Shown: one piece after another, positions 49,085 to 61,564 of the stretch
How positions within the stretch are numbered: the first letter of the stretch is position 1
Layout: every line of letters begins with the position of its first letter
NCBI GenBank assembly: GCA_964291415.2
Contig: OZ219920.1
Coordinates: 256,001-320,000, forward strand
Length of the DNA: 64,000 nt
Reading direction: 5' to 3'
From: Alphaproteobacteria bacterium
GTDB taxonomy: Bacteria; Pseudomonadota; Alphaproteobacteria; SP197
Made by a program: the position numbers and the translations under genes
The notes under the pieces: generated by a model
The model's database searches: none
Told to the model about the DNA's origin: nothing
Seen by the model: only the letters and a program-made list of their open reading frames with translations

Positions 49085-49137
49085 TGATGCCGTGCGCCTC
49101 TGTCAATGCCGCGACCGCCTGAACACAGCGAAGGCCG

Positions 49138-50026
49138 TCAGGTCATGGAGGCCTGAAAGATGCTGGCGATGGAGGAATCGAGCATGGCGTCGAACTCGCC
49201 GGCGCTCTGGGAGGCGTTGAGACCTTCGGTGAGGGCGCGGGAAAAGCTCGCGACGACACCGGGATTGAGTGCCAGGCGGCGGTTGGCCTCCTCGCGGGTG
49301 TAGCCGCCCGACAGCGCCACCACCTTCAGGACCTTCGGATGATCGACAAGGGCACGATGGAAACCGGGCTCCTCGGGAAGCGTGAGCTTGAACATCACCT
49401 TGCCGCGGTCGCCGAGGCGCTCGAGACCGGCGAGGAGAGCGTCCTTCAGGAGGGTTTCGGCGGCCGCCTTTCTCGGGGCTGTCGATGGCGACCTCCGGTT
49501 CGATGATCGGCACGAGGCCGCTGCCAAGGATCTCTTCGGCGATGGTGAACTGCTGCGAAACCACCGAGGCGACGCCTTCATCATCGGCAAGCCTGATGAC
49601 AGAGCGCATCTTGGTGCCGAAGACTCCGTTGGTCCGGGCGCGGGCGAGGAGCGGGTCGAGACCAGGAATCGGCTTCATGAGTTGAACGCCTGAGGATTCG
49701 GCCTCGAGACCCTTGTCGACCTTGAGGAAGGGCACGATTCCGTTGACGTCCCAGAGATAGCGGGCCGAGGGCTGTCCCCCGATCGTCCGGTCCATGGTGT
49801 TCTCGAAGAGTATGGCGCCGAGGATGCGCAAGCCGTCGAAGGACGGACTGGTGATGATTCTCTCACGCATGCCATGAATGATGGAGAACATGTCCTCGTC
49901 GCTCTCCCAGGCATCGTCCCCGATGCCGTAGAGCCGCAGGGCCTTGGGCGTACTGCCGCCACTCTGGTCGAGTGCCGCCAGAAATCCCGGTGCACGTTCC
50001 ATTCTCGCGAACTGTTCCGTCGTCAT
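49138..50026 (-). pseudogene. fda: Class I fructose-bisphosphate aldolase (Fda type), frameshifted near 49470
   Basis: GFLAALDQSGGSTPKAL, FLKVDKGL, GTKMRSVI, PIIEPEV, then KVVALSGGY and ASFSRAL in the next frame; one extra A in gagaaag. Confidence 0.88.
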
Positions 50027-50107
50027 CGCCGATGTCCGGGGTTGGTCCCTCACCATCAATACCAACAGGGGCGCCGGGCGGAAATGGCAGCCCTGTGGAT
50101 GGGCTCT

Positions 50108-51283
50108 TCAGACGCGTTGAAAGCGGGTGCGGTAGGCGCGGGGACCGCTGCCGCTCTTCGGGAAAGGTCCTTCCTCGAGGAAGCGCTCATGGCACCGCTG
50201 CAAGGCCCTGGAATCGAGCGTGACTCCGAGACCGGGTCCTTCGGGCACCGGCACGAAGCCATCCCTGGGCACCGGAGTGCCCTCCTGTGTGACATCGTCG
50301 GCATACCAGCGGAACAGGGTCTGGCTGGGTTCCCGTACGTGCTCCATGGCCGCCGAGACCTGCAGGTAGGCGGCGCTCGCCACCCCGGTTTCGCCGCTGT
50401 GAAAACGGAAGCCGATGTCGAATTGCTCGCAGGCGCGGATGAATCCGACCGTGCGGGCGATCCCGCCGAGTTCGACGAGGTTGGTGACAAGCGTATCCGG
50501 TGCGCCCAGCTCGACGGCCAGCGGCAGGTCGAGAACATGGGTCGAGAAGCTGGCCCGGGTGACCGGACGCAGTTGCGCCATTTCGCGGTAGGTCTCGACC
50601 GGATCCTCGTAGTAGTGGATGACGTACTCGTCGAACCGCCGCATTGCCTCGCGGGCCGTCTGGACGGTCCAGCCGCCGTTGGCATCGAGCTTGAGCGGAC
50701 GGTCGCCGATGGCCTCGCGTATGAGGCGAACCATCCTGACCTCCTCATCGAGCCCTACCGTCGCCACCTTGCCTTCGAAGTTCGTGGCGCCATGCTCGTC
50801 GATCATGCGGGCACAGTAGGCGGCGATCTCTTCCGGTGTCTGCTCGCCCTGTTCGGTGACGCCGGGGAGGCGAAAACCGAAGTACTCGGAGAGTTCGATC
50901 CGCGATCTCGACGCACCGCCCAGCAGCACATGGAGCGGCACGTTCTCGCCGCGCGCCCGCGCATCCCACATCGCCATCTCGATCCCGCCGAACGCGCGGG
51001 TCTGTCCCTGGACATCGCCCCAGGGCGAATAGCGAATGCCGGGCAGGCAGAGACGTTCGGCGGTTCCCGTCTCGCGGACATCGACCCCGCCCAGCGCCTC
51101 GCCCATGGCCTCCACGTCGCGGGCCCGGTCACCATCGGCGACCTCGCCCAGTCCGGTGATCCCGGCGTCTGTCGTCAGCTCGACGATGGTCTTGGTGAGC
51201 GACCTCACCGATCCGTGGCTGAAGACGTAAGGGGCGGTGAAGGGGATGTTGACCGGGGTCGCCCGCACTCCGGTGATCTTCAT
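50108..51283 (-). CDS. Mandelate racemase / enolase-superfamily protein (glucarate-dehydratase-like subgroup)
   Basis: TIVELTTDAGITGLGE, IEMAMWD, LDANGGW, YEDP, GPGLGVTLD. Confidence 0.88.
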   Translation of the reverse strand: MKITGVRATPVNIPFTAPYVFSHGSVRSLTKTIVELTTDAGITGLGEVADGDRARDVEAMGEALGGVDVRETGTAERLCLPGIRYSPWGDVQGQTRAFGGIEMAMWDARARGENVPLHVLLGGASRSRIELSEYFGFRLPGVTEQGEQTPEEIAAYCARMIDEHGATNFEGKVATVGLDEEVRMVRLIREAIGDRPLKLDANGGWTVQTAREAMRRFDEYVIHYYEDPVETYREMAQLRPVTRASFSTHVLDLPLAVELGAPDTLVTNLVELGGIARTVGFIRACEQFDIGFRFHSGETGVASAAYLQVSAAMEHVREPSQTLFRWYADDVTQEGTPVPRDGFVPVPEGPGLGVTLDSRALQRCHERFLEEGPFPKSGSGPRAYRTRFQRV

Positions 51284-51297
51284 GGGGTCCAGCCTCG

Positions 51298-52320
51298 TCA
51301 GCGTGTCGGGTCGTCAGAGACCCTGACGAGCTGCTTGCCGAAGTTGCGCCCCTCCATGAGACCGGCAAAGGCATCGGGCGCCTTCTCCAGGCCATCGACG
51401 ATGTCCTCGCGGTACCTGATCTCTCCCGACTGCACCCAGCGCTGCAGGCGAACCAGTCCTTCCTGGTAGCGATCCCGCCAGTCGAAGACGAGAAGGCCCT
51501 TCAGGGAGGCGCGCTTGACGAGGAAGTGACGCAGGTTGCGCGGACCGGTGGCCACGCTCGTGTCGTTGTACTGCGCGATCTGGCCGCAGATTGCGACACG
51601 CCCGCCCAGGGCGAGGTTCTCGATGGCGGCGTCGGTGATGGGTCCGCCGACATTGTCGAAGTAGCAGTCGATCCCATGGGGACAGGCGTCGGACAGCGCG
51701 ACGCTCATGTCGGCGGTGGTGCGATGGTTGATCGCACGGTCGAATCCGAGTTCGGTCGTGATGTAGGCGCACTTGTCGTCGGACCCGGCGATGCCGACCA
51801 CCCGGCAGCCGCCAATTCTGGCGATCTGCCCCACCACGGCGCCAACCGCGCCGGAGGCGGCGTTGACCACCAGCGTGTCGCCGGGCCTGGGCTGCAGCAC
51901 CTCGAGGGTTCCGAAATAGGCCGTCAGTCCCGGCATGCCGAGGACGCCGAGCGCGGTCGAGATGGGAGCGGCATCGGGATCGAGTTTCCGCAGTCCGTCG
52001 CCGCGGATCACGCCATGGGTCTGCCAGCCGATGTCTGCGGTGACAAAATCGCCGGCGGCGCACCGGGCGTGGCGCGAAGCGATGATCTCGCCCACGGCTT
52101 CCCCGACCATGACCTCGCCGATCTTCTGGGGTTCGGCGTATGAGGGGCCTGGGCGCAACCGGCCGCGCATGTAGGGATCCACCGAAAGGTAGATGGAGCG
52201 TACCAGCACCTCGCCCTCGGCGGGTTCCGGCACCGGAGTTTCGATGAGCCTGAAGTGACGAGCTTCGGGAGCGCCCGAAGGGTAGTCCTCGAGGACGAGT
52301 GCGCGGTTGATTGACGTCAT
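51298..52320 (-). CDS. NADP-dependent oxidoreductase (MDR, CurA/prostaglandin reductase family)
   Basis: YLSVDPYMRG, LGMPGLTAYFG, AASGAVG, YFDNVGG, GRNFGKQLV. Confidence 0.92.
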   Translation of the reverse strand: MTSINRALVLEDYPSGAPEARHFRLIETPVPEPAEGEVLVRSIYLSVDPYMRGRLRPGPSYAEPQKIGEVMVGEAVGEIIASRHARCAAGDFVTADIGWQTHGVIRGDGLRKLDPDAAPISTALGVLGMPGLTAYFGTLEVLQPRPGDTLVVNAASGAVGAVVGQIARIGGCRVVGIAGSDDKCAYITTELGFDRAINHRTTADMSVALSDACPHGIDCYFDNVGGPITDAAIENLALGGRVAICGQIAQYNDTSVATGPRNLRHFLVKRASLKGLLVFDWRDRYQEGLVRLQRWVQSGEIRYREDIVDGLEKAPDAFAGLMEGRNFGKQLVRVSDDPTR

Positions 52321-52346
52321 GGTCGTGATGCCTCGCGTTTGTCTGA

Positions 52347-53302
52347 TCAGGGCGTGGTTCCGGTGACCGCGCGGTAGTGCCTGAGGAAACCCACGAGGGC
52401 CTCGTCGCGCAGCGCTGCGAGGTCCTCCATGGTGCGATCACCCTGCAGCCTTGCGCATCCGGCCACCATCGTCTCGGTGAGTTCCGGTGTGATGGGCGGC
52501 GAGGGCAGGCGTGTCCAGGCATCGGCCACGGCCGGATCGAAGTGCTCCAGAAAATGCCGCATGCCGCCTTCGCCGCCGGCCATGTGAAAAAGCAGGCAGT
52601 AGCCCATGATGGCGAGGCGCGGGCCGAAACCGTGAACGATCGAGGCATCGATCTGTTCGGGTGTGGCCTCGCCGGCAGCGATCATGTGGAGAATCTCGTT
52701 CCAGATTGCCTGCTGCAGCCTGTCCGCGACGTGACCCGGCACCTCGCGGTCCAGCTTGAGCGGGTGCTTGCCCGCCGCCTTGTAGAAGGCACAGGCCCAG
52801 TCGACGGCTTCCGCGGCGGTCTGCCGGCCTCCCACCACTTCGACCAGCGGCATGAGGTAGGGCGGATTGAAGGGATGTCCCAGCACCATGCGCGCGGCGT
52901 TGCCGGCGCCGGCCTGGATTTCGCTCATGAGAAGTCCGGATGTGGAGGATGCGATGACCACGTCGTTCGCCATGGCCGAATCGAGGCGGGCATAGAGGTC
53001 CTGCTTGATGTCGAGTCGCTCGGGCGCGCTTTCCTGGACAAAGTCCGCTTCCAGAACCGCTTCGTCGAGATTCGTGGTGAAGCGTGGCTCCCTCGCTGCC
53101 GAGGCGTCGGTGCCCATGGCCACGAGGCTGGGCCAGGCCGTCTCGATGATGCGGTGCAGCGTCTCCTCGGCTCCGGGATCGGGATCGTGGACGATGACGT
53201 CGTACCCGGCGGCCAGGAAACCTGCGGCCCAGCCGGAGCCGATGAGCCCCCCGCCTATGCAGGCAACGCGCCTGACATCCCCGGGGTCGGGGCGGTCGAA
53301 AC

Positions 53303-53306
<4 letters not shown>
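52347..53306 (-). CDS. 3-hydroxyacyl-CoA dehydrogenase family, L-carnitine dehydrogenase-like
   Basis: IGGGLIGSGWAA, VQESAPERL, SSTSGL, GHPFNPPYLMPLVEVVGG, HMAGGEGGMRHF. Confidence 0.85.
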
Positions 53307-54994
<1,688 letters not shown>

Positions 54995-55126
54995 TGTCAG
55001 TGTCCAGGTCTTCTTTGCCGCTTGTCCCGGTTCTGTCAATGCCTGATCAGCAGCGGTTCCATCGGCGGCGGAATTGTGCAGTATCGAGGATGAGCGGACC
55101 CCGCACCCGCGGTGGAAGGAATCCTC

Positions 55127-56098
55127 ATGAGCGCCGGTGTTCGAGGCATTCTCTTCATGGTGGCGGGCTGTGCGCTCATCGTCTTCAACGATGTCATCGT
55201 CAAGCTCTTGACCGAACAATATCCGGTGGGTCAGGCGATGTTCGTGCGCTCGCTGTTCGTCATCCCGCCGGTGCTGCTCTTCGCTCTCCACGAAGGGCGG
55301 CTCAGCAATCTCCGGGTGCACAACGTCAAGGGCCAGGCCCTGCGCTCGGCGATCGTGGTGACGGGCATGTTCCTGTTTCTGACGGCCATCACCTTGATGC
55401 CGATCGCCGACGCCCTTGCCATCGCCTTCGCTGCTCCCCTGATGGCCACGGCGCTGGCCGTGCCCCTTCTCGGCGAACGGGTCGGATGGCGTCGTTGGTC
55501 GGCGGTCGTCGTCGGCCTTGCCGGTGTCATCCTGGTTCTCAGGCCGACAGGAGAGGGCATCGCCGCCGTGGCGTTGCTGCCCCTTGGCAGCGCGGTCACC
55601 CTCGCCCTGCGCGACATCCTGACGCGCCGGCTCAGCGTTTCGGACTCATCCTCCTCGATCCTCATGTTCACGACCCTGGCGGTCATGGGTGCCTCCCTTG
55701 CCTCGTCCCTGGCGGATCCGCTGCTGGGCTGGACGTCAGCCGCATGGCAGCCCATGACGGTGGGACATGTCGCCATGCTCGCCGCCGCCGGCGTTCTGCT
55801 GGCCGGCGCCCAGTATGCGATGATCGAGGCCGTGCGCCTCGCTGAAATCGGCCTTGTCGCGCCGTTCAAGTACACGAGCATGGTGTGGGCCGTGCTCACC
55901 GGATACCTGGTCTTTGGCACGGTACCGGACATCTGGATCATTTCCGGATCAACCCTGGTCGTGACCAGCGGTCTCTACATGCTGCACCGGGAGGCAACCC
56001 TGAAAAAGGACCGGCGGACCGTGCCGCAAAGACCCGAGACCACCGTGCCCCAGCGGGCGGCCGCCAGGGCCAAGAGACCGGCAGACAGGACGGCGTGA
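55127..56098 (+). CDS. DMT/EamA family transporter
   Basis: About ten TM segments; LGERVGWRRW, APFKYTSMVWA. Confidence 0.9.
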   Translation: MSAGVRGILFMVAGCALIVFNDVIVKLLTEQYPVGQAMFVRSLFVIPPVLLFALHEGRLSNLRVHNVKGQALRSAIVVTGMFLFLTAITLMPIADALAIAFAAPLMATALAVPLLGERVGWRRWSAVVVGLAGVILVLRPTGEGIAAVALLPLGSAVTLALRDILTRRLSVSDSSSSILMFTTLAVMGASLASSLADPLLGWTSAAWQPMTVGHVAMLAAAGVLLAGAQYAMIEAVRLAEIGLVAPFKYTSMVWAVLTGYLVFGTVPDIWIISGSTLVVTSGLYMLHREATLKKDRRTVPQRPETTVPQRAAARAKRPADRTA

Positions 56099-56125
56099 GC
56101 CGCGGTGATGACGATGTGCCCGTCC

Positions 56126-56270
56126 TCCGCAGCGCCACCACCTCGCGGATGCAGCGATCCTCGATCTCGCGCCGCTCTCCATCGCCGGTCTCGCCGCGCT
56201 GGTGGGCCTCCGGCGCGCGCATGACGCTGCCGACGAGGCCGGCGCGGAACGGCGGCCTTCCCGGTCGCAT
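56126..56270 (-). pseudogene. N-terminal remnant of a cobalamin-independent methionine synthase-like (MetE catalytic / YxjH type) gene
   Basis: MRPGRPPFRAGLVGSVMRAPEAHQRGE...RREIEDRCIREVVALR resembles the family start PPFRADHVGSLLRP...LREIEDxAIREVVALQ, then breaks off. Confidence 0.6.
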
Positions 56271-56407
56271 GGCGCTGTCTTCCCCGGGTCCCGGCATTCG
56301 TCAGTCGTCCGGCCTGACACCCGGGACTGGGTGGGCAAGCTCGTCGGCGGCGGTCGCGCGGTTCCCGTGCTAGCATCGGAGCGTCACGGCTTCCCCCGGA
56401 TCGAGAC

Positions 56408-57244
56408 ATGCCGGAGTTCATCAGCGCATACGAACCAGCGATCAGGGTCGGCTGCTTCCTCGGCATCTTCGCCGCGGTCGCGCTGTGGGAGCTGGCGGCG
56501 CCGCGCCGCGCGCCCTCCCAGCCGCGCTGGCTGCGCTGGTACGCCAATATCGGGGTCGTCGTCTTCAACACCGTGGTGGCGCGGCTGATCTTTCCGTTCT
56601 TGCCCGTCGCGCTGGCGGCGGTCGCCGCGGAGCGCGGCTGGGGCGTCCTCAACCTGATCGCGCTGCCGCTCTGGCTGGACATCGTCATCGCGGTCCTCGT
56701 CCTCGACCTGGTCATCTATCTGCAGCACGTCATGTTCCATGCCGTGCCGGCGCTCTGGCGGCTGCATCGCATGCACCACGCCGACCTCGACTTCGACGTG
56801 ACGACCGGATCGCGATTCCACCCCATCGAGTTCTTCCTGTCGGTCCTCCTGAAGCTCGCCGCCGTCGCGCTGCTCGGCCCGCCTGCCGTGGCGGTCCTGG
56901 TCTTCGAGGTGCTGCTGAACGGCACCTCGATGTTCAACCACGGCAATCTGCGCCTGCCGACGGGCCTCGACCGGGTGCTGCGCTGGGCGATCGTCACGCC
57001 CGACATGCACCGCGTGCACCACTCCGACATCCCGGCCGAGACCAACAGCAATTTCGGCTTCAACCTGCCTTGGTGGGACCGCCTGTTCGGCACCTACCGG
57101 GCGCAGCCCGGCCTCGGGCACGAGGACATGACCATCGGCCTCGACGCGTTCCGCGACGGCGCCGAACTGCATCTGCACAACATGCTGATCCAGCCCTTCC
57201 GGCGCGGCGAAGGCGAGTACGCGATCAACCGCCGTCCCCGGTGA
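56408..57244 (+). CDS. Sterol desaturase / fatty acid hydroxylase family protein
   Basis: His boxes HVMFH, HRMHH, HRVHH; RFHPIE; NSNFGFNLPWWDRLFGTY. Confidence 0.92.
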   Translation: MPEFISAYEPAIRVGCFLGIFAAVALWELAAPRRAPSQPRWLRWYANIGVVVFNTVVARLIFPFLPVALAAVAAERGWGVLNLIALPLWLDIVIAVLVLDLVIYLQHVMFHAVPALWRLHRMHHADLDFDVTTGSRFHPIEFFLSVLLKLAAVALLGPPAVAVLVFEVLLNGTSMFNHGNLRLPTGLDRVLRWAIVTPDMHRVHHSDIPAETNSNFGFNLPWWDRLFGTYRAQPGLGHEDMTIGLDAFRDGAELHLHNMLIQPFRRGEGEYAINRRPR

Positions 57245-57646
57245 GGCGTCCTCCGACAGGGGCTTGTCCGGATCACGTGACGGACGGGTGACCCACGACG
57301 TTTCTGCCGTCGTGCCCGGACCTCTTCCCGGCGCCCGTGATGTCGGCGATCGGCCGTCCACGGAACCAGGGCAAGGATCTGCCTGGCGCAGCAGCTTCGG
57401 TAAACCACGAAAGTCCGCGGCTTCCGATTCCGTGCGTGTCGATGAAGCACCTCTTCGGCGACGACCTCGAACACGAGCTCCACCGGTGCAGCTGGAGCAC
57501 TGCATCCGGATGCGGCAAGCATCGCCCGCGCGCATCGCCGCCGATCCTCCAGATCCGCTTTCCTTGGATTCCCCTTGCCTTGAGTTGCAGATGCGGGAGA
57601 ATCCGATACGGAATCGTCCCGCAGTTGAAGTGGAGAGAGGGAAGAA

Positions 57647-58441
57647 GTGGCTTTAAATCAGTCGTTTGGCATCTCTGGTGCGTCGGGACGGTGTGACGGC
57701 AAGCGGGCGCTCGTCACCGGTGCCGCCTCGGGAATCGGTGCGGCGACAGCCCGTCTCCTCGCCGGTGAAGGCGCCAGGGTCATGCTGGCGGATGTCGACG
57801 AGGCCGGTGCCGCGCGTGTCGCTGGAGACATCGGCGAAGCGGCTTCGTCAACCTTTCTGGACGTCTGCCGGGCCGACTCCTGGTCCGCTGCCGCTGCCAC
57901 CACCGTTGCGCGCCTGGGCGGCTGGGATGTGCTGGTGAACTGTGCGGGCATCCTGCGCCGTGGCACCATCGAGACGACGACCCTGGCGACATGGCACGAG
58001 GTGCTGGACGTCAATCTCCGGGGCACATGGCTTGGCGCCAGGGAGGCGGTAAGGCACATGCAGGGCACCGGGGGCGTCATCGTCAATCTCTCTTCGGTTT
58101 CGGGCATCGTCGGCGACCAGGACCTGTGCGCCTACGACGCCAGCAAGGGGGGTGTCAGGCTGCTGACCAAGGCGATCGCCGATCATGCGACCCGCCATGG
58201 CCTCGGTGTCCGCTGCAACTCCGTCCATCCGGGCGTCATCGAAACGCCCATGGTGGCGAACTACATCGCCGAATCCGATGATCCGGTGGCCGAGCGCGCC
58301 CTGTGGGACAGCTACACGCCAGAGGGTGTGACGGGGCATCCGGATGATGTCGGTCATCTCATCGTCTTCCTGGTCAGCGACGAATCCCGGCTTGTCGACG
58401 GTGCGGAACTCGTCATCGACGGCGGGGGAACGGTGGAATGA
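57647..58441 (+). CDS. Short-chain dehydrogenase/reductase
   Basis: [25 protein letters not shown]. Confidence 0.92.
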   Translation: MALNQSFGISGASGRCDGKRALVTGAASGIGAATARLLAGEGARVMLADVDEAGAARVAGDIGEAASSTFLDVCRADSWSAAAATTVARLGGWDVLVNCAGILRRGTIETTTLATWHEVLDVNLRGTWLGAREAVRHMQGTGGVIVNLSSVSGIVGDQDLCAYDASKGGVRLLTKAIADHATRHGLGVRCNSVHPGVIETPMVANYIAESDDPVAERALWDSYTPEGVTGHPDDVGHLIVFLVSDESRLVDGAELVIDGGGTVE

Positions 58442-59199
58442 CACGTCGGCTCCGCCACAAGACGGCGCTCGTCACCGGGGCTGCCTCCGGAATCGGACGC
58501 CAGAGCGCCATCCGCATGGCCGAGGAAGGGGCGCTGGTGTGCATCACCGACATCGATGACGAGGGCCTGGCCGGGACACTCGACCTGCTGTCCGGACGCG
58601 GGTTCAGCCTGCATCATGATGTCACCGACGAAGACTCCTGGCGTTCCACCATTGCCGTTGCGCTGGAGCGATTCGGCAAACTGCAGATTCTGGTCAACTG
58701 CGCCGGAATCGGCGTACGCCACGACAACATCGCGGAACTCGAGGAGGAGGGCTGGGACCGGCTCATGGCCGTCAATCTCCATGGCACGTTCATGGGGTGC
58801 CAGCAGGCGATTGCCTGCATGAGGCAGGCAGGAGGCGGTTCCCTCATCAACATCTCGTCGGTTCTCGGTATCAGGGGATCGGCCGACGCCCTCTCCTACT
58901 GCGCCAGCAAGGGCGCCGTGCGTCTTCTGACGAAGTCGATCGCCGTCCATTGCGGCCGTCAGGGATACAACATCCGCTGCAATGCCATCTGCCCCGGCTA
59001 CATCGCCACGCCCCTGGGTCTCTCGGTGAGAGAGTCCCTGGGTGATGAGGAGTTCCAGCGCCTCGTCGACAAGCACGTGGTCGGCCGCATGGGCGTTGCG
59101 GACGACGTTGCCGGCATGGTGGTCTACCTCGCCAGCGACGAATCGTCGTTCGTGACGGGAACGGAGATGGTTGTGGACGGTGGCTACACGGCCGGATGA
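58438..59199 (+). CDS. Short-chain dehydrogenase/reductase (paralogue of the upstream SDR)
   Basis: [32 protein letters not shown]. Confidence 0.93.
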   Translation: MTRRLRHKTALVTGAASGIGRQSAIRMAEEGALVCITDIDDEGLAGTLDLLSGRGFSLHHDVTDEDSWRSTIAVALERFGKLQILVNCAGIGVRHDNIAELEEEGWDRLMAVNLHGTFMGCQQAIACMRQAGGGSLINISSVLGIRGSADALSYCASKGAVRLLTKSIAVHCGRQGYNIRCNAICPGYIATPLGLSVRESLGDEEFQRLVDKHVVGRMGVADDVAGMVVYLASDESSFVTGTEMVVDGGYTAG

Positions 59200-60602
59200 T
59201 GACGAGGACCCAGCAGGCAGCAGCTGATGCCTGGGTGACGGTCGAGCCCGAGGTGTGGTCCATGTACCGCCGCATCTGGGACGAACCGGAACTCGGCATG
59301 ATGGAGTACAACGCCGAAGCATGGCTTTCGGCCTGGCTCGCCGATCACGGTTTCAGCGTCGAGCGCGGCGTGTGCGGCATGCCCACGGCATTCCGTGCGG
59401 TATGGTCATCCGGTGACGGGCCTCGACTGGGCTTTCTGGCGGAGTACGACGCGCTTCCAGGGCAGGGCAACCGCCTCGAACCTCTCAAGGCACCGGACGG
59501 CAAGCGGGCAGGCCATGCGTGCGGCCACAACCTGATCGCCGGCACCGGCGCCGGCAGCGCCATCGCCGCGCGCCACGCCATGGAAGAAGGCGGGCTCGAA
59601 GGCACCATCGTCTGTCTTGGCACGCCGGCCGAGGAAATCCTCTGGGGCAAGATCGCGATGCTTCGCCGTGGCGCATTCGAGGGCATCGACATGCTGTTTG
59701 CCAACCATGCCGACTACCAGAACGGCGCCGTCTCCAGACCCTGCCTTTCCTGCGTGTCGTTCGAGCTCCTGTTCGAGGGCACGGCCTCCCATGGCGGGGC
59801 GCGGCGTTCGGGCAATGCCCTCGACGGTGCGGAACTCTTCGTGCAGTCGATGGAGCGCCTGCGCGCCCACCAGTTCGGCGATGTCGTGATCGGCCATGTC
59901 CTGCGCTTTGCCGGCTACATGCCGTCGATCACGCCTGACGAGGCACGCCTGTGGATCACCGTGCGGCACGAGTCCTTCGAGAGAGCCCGGGATGTTGCCC
60001 GCCAACTCGTTCCCCTGGCCGGTGACTGCGCCCGCCATACGCACACGCGGGTTGTCGACATGCTGATTTCGGCGTCCCGGGGCTACCTGGCGAACGACGC
60101 GCTGGGCGGGGTCCTGTACCGCCACATGCGGGAGATCGGACCGCCGGCGTGGGATGAGGAGGACACCGCCTACATGCGGTCTCTCGCCGAGGCCTGCAGC
60201 CCGGACGCGGACTTCGAGTGGGATCGTGACATTGGCTTCCATACGGAAGGCTGCGACCCCTACGGTCAGGACGACGGGGAGGCGAGCTGGTCCATTCCCC
60301 TGGCGCGGGCCAACTGGTCATGTCCCTCAGGTGTCCTGCTTCACAACTGGGCCATGACCTCGGCCTCGGGTCACGCCAGCCAGATCAAGGGCGCGTCCTT
60401 TGCCGGGAAGGCGATCGCCATGGCGGCGATCGACCTCGTTGAAGATCCGGGCCAGATCGACGCTGCGAAAAAGGAGCTGACCCACCGGACCAAGGGATAC
60501 GTCATCAGCGAACCGCGCTGCGGCGGGTTCGAGGTGATGACGACGTGCCCCGAGACCTTCTGGGACGGCACCTGGTCGGGGCGTGACCGGGTCGATCCGT
60601 GA
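59196..60602 (+). CDS. M20 amidohydrolase (AbgB-like)
   Basis: IWDEPELG, MPTAF, LAEYDALPG, GHACGHNL, GTPAEE. Confidence 0.88.
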   Translation: MMTRTQQAAADAWVTVEPEVWSMYRRIWDEPELGMMEYNAEAWLSAWLADHGFSVERGVCGMPTAFRAVWSSGDGPRLGFLAEYDALPGQGNRLEPLKAPDGKRAGHACGHNLIAGTGAGSAIAARHAMEEGGLEGTIVCLGTPAEEILWGKIAMLRRGAFEGIDMLFANHADYQNGAVSRPCLSCVSFELLFEGTASHGGARRSGNALDGAELFVQSMERLRAHQFGDVVIGHVLRFAGYMPSITPDEARLWITVRHESFERARDVARQLVPLAGDCARHTHTRVVDMLISASRGYLANDALGGVLYRHMREIGPPAWDEEDTAYMRSLAEACSPDADFEWDRDIGFHTEGCDPYGQDDGEASWSIPLARANWSCPSGVLLHNWAMTSASGHASQIKGASFAGKAIAMAAIDLVEDPGQIDAAKKELTHRTKGYVISEPRCGGFEVMTTCPETFWDGTWSGRDRVDP

Positions 60603-61564
60603 CCGTCATCGTTCCCGATGCCGCGAGACTTCCGGTCATCGTGGTGACGGGGTTCCTGGGAAGTGGCAAGACCACCCTGCTGCGGCATCTGTTGCGTGCG
60701 CCGGAGTTCGCCGACACGGCGGTGATCATCAACGAATTCGGTGAAACCGGTCTCGACCACGTGCTCGTCGAGACGAGCGAGGACAGCATCCTCCTGCTCG
60801 AGAACGGCTGTCTGTGCTGTGGTCTGAGGAGCGATCTCGTCTCCACCCTCCTTGATCTCCTCGCAAGGCGCGAAAGGGGAGAGGTGCCGGCCTTCCGGCG
60901 GGTCGTCGTCGAGACCTCGGGCCTGGCCGATCCGGTACCGCTGCTGCAGACCTTCATCAGCGATCCCCTGCGACTCTCCCTCTACGATCCGGGGGGTGTG
61001 GTGACCTGTCTCGATGCCGTGAACGGTTCCGCCGCCATCGACCGCCACCGGAATGCCGGACGCCAGCTGGCCCTTGCCGATACCATCGTCGTCACCAAGG
61101 GTGATCTGGCGTCCACCGGCGACGTCACGGATCAGGCGAAACGTCGCAACGGGCGGGCCCGGATTGTCGAGGCGCGGATGGGGAGGGCGGATCCCCGGGA
61201 CGTGCTGCGCCAGCCGGTTGCCATGGACCTCGACGACATGCCGGGCGGGAGCGGCCACGGGTCCATCGTCTCGGTCACGTGGAAGGACATCCGTCCGCTG
61301 ACATGGCTCGAGGTGGAAAGGGCTGTCGGCTCCCTCGTGGCACGCCATGGCGAGCGCCTGCTCAGGCTCAAGGGCCTGCTCGATGTCGAGGGCGAGGCGG
61401 GCCCGGTGGCGATCGACGGCGTGCAGCACCTCTTCCACAGGCCACGGGTGCTGGAGTCGTGGCCAGGGAGCGTGACGTCGCCGGTTCTCGTGGCCATCGC
61501 CGAGGAGACAACGCGCCTGGAACTCGAGGGCTGGCTCAGGAAGGCTTGTAGCTCACAGGCTTGA
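60599..61564 (+). CDS. CobW/COG0523 GTPase metallochaperone
   Basis: TGFLGSGKTT, INEFGE, NGCLCC, ETSGLADP, LRLKG, GVQHLFH. Confidence 0.93.
   Translation: MTVIVPDAARLPVIVVTGFLGSGKTTLLRHLLRAPEFADTAVIINEFGETGLDHVLVETSEDSILLLENGCLCCGLRSDLVSTLLDLLARRERGEVPAFRRVVVETSGLADPVPLLQTFISDPLRLSLYDPGGVVTCLDAVNGSAAIDRHRNAGRQLALADTIVVTKGDLASTGDVTDQAKRRNGRARIVEARMGRADPRDVLRQPVAMDLDDMPGGSGHGSIVSVTWKDIRPLTWLEVERAVGSLVARHGERLLRLKGLLDVEGEAGPVAIDGVQHLFHRPRVLESWPGSVTSPVLVAIAEETTRLELEGWLRKACSSQA

Noticed and set aside
57245-57646. Gene remnant on the minus strand (ELVFEVVAEEVLHRHARNRK)
   Set aside because: Looks protein-like for about 25 codons but I cannot assign a family; a BLASTx search is needed
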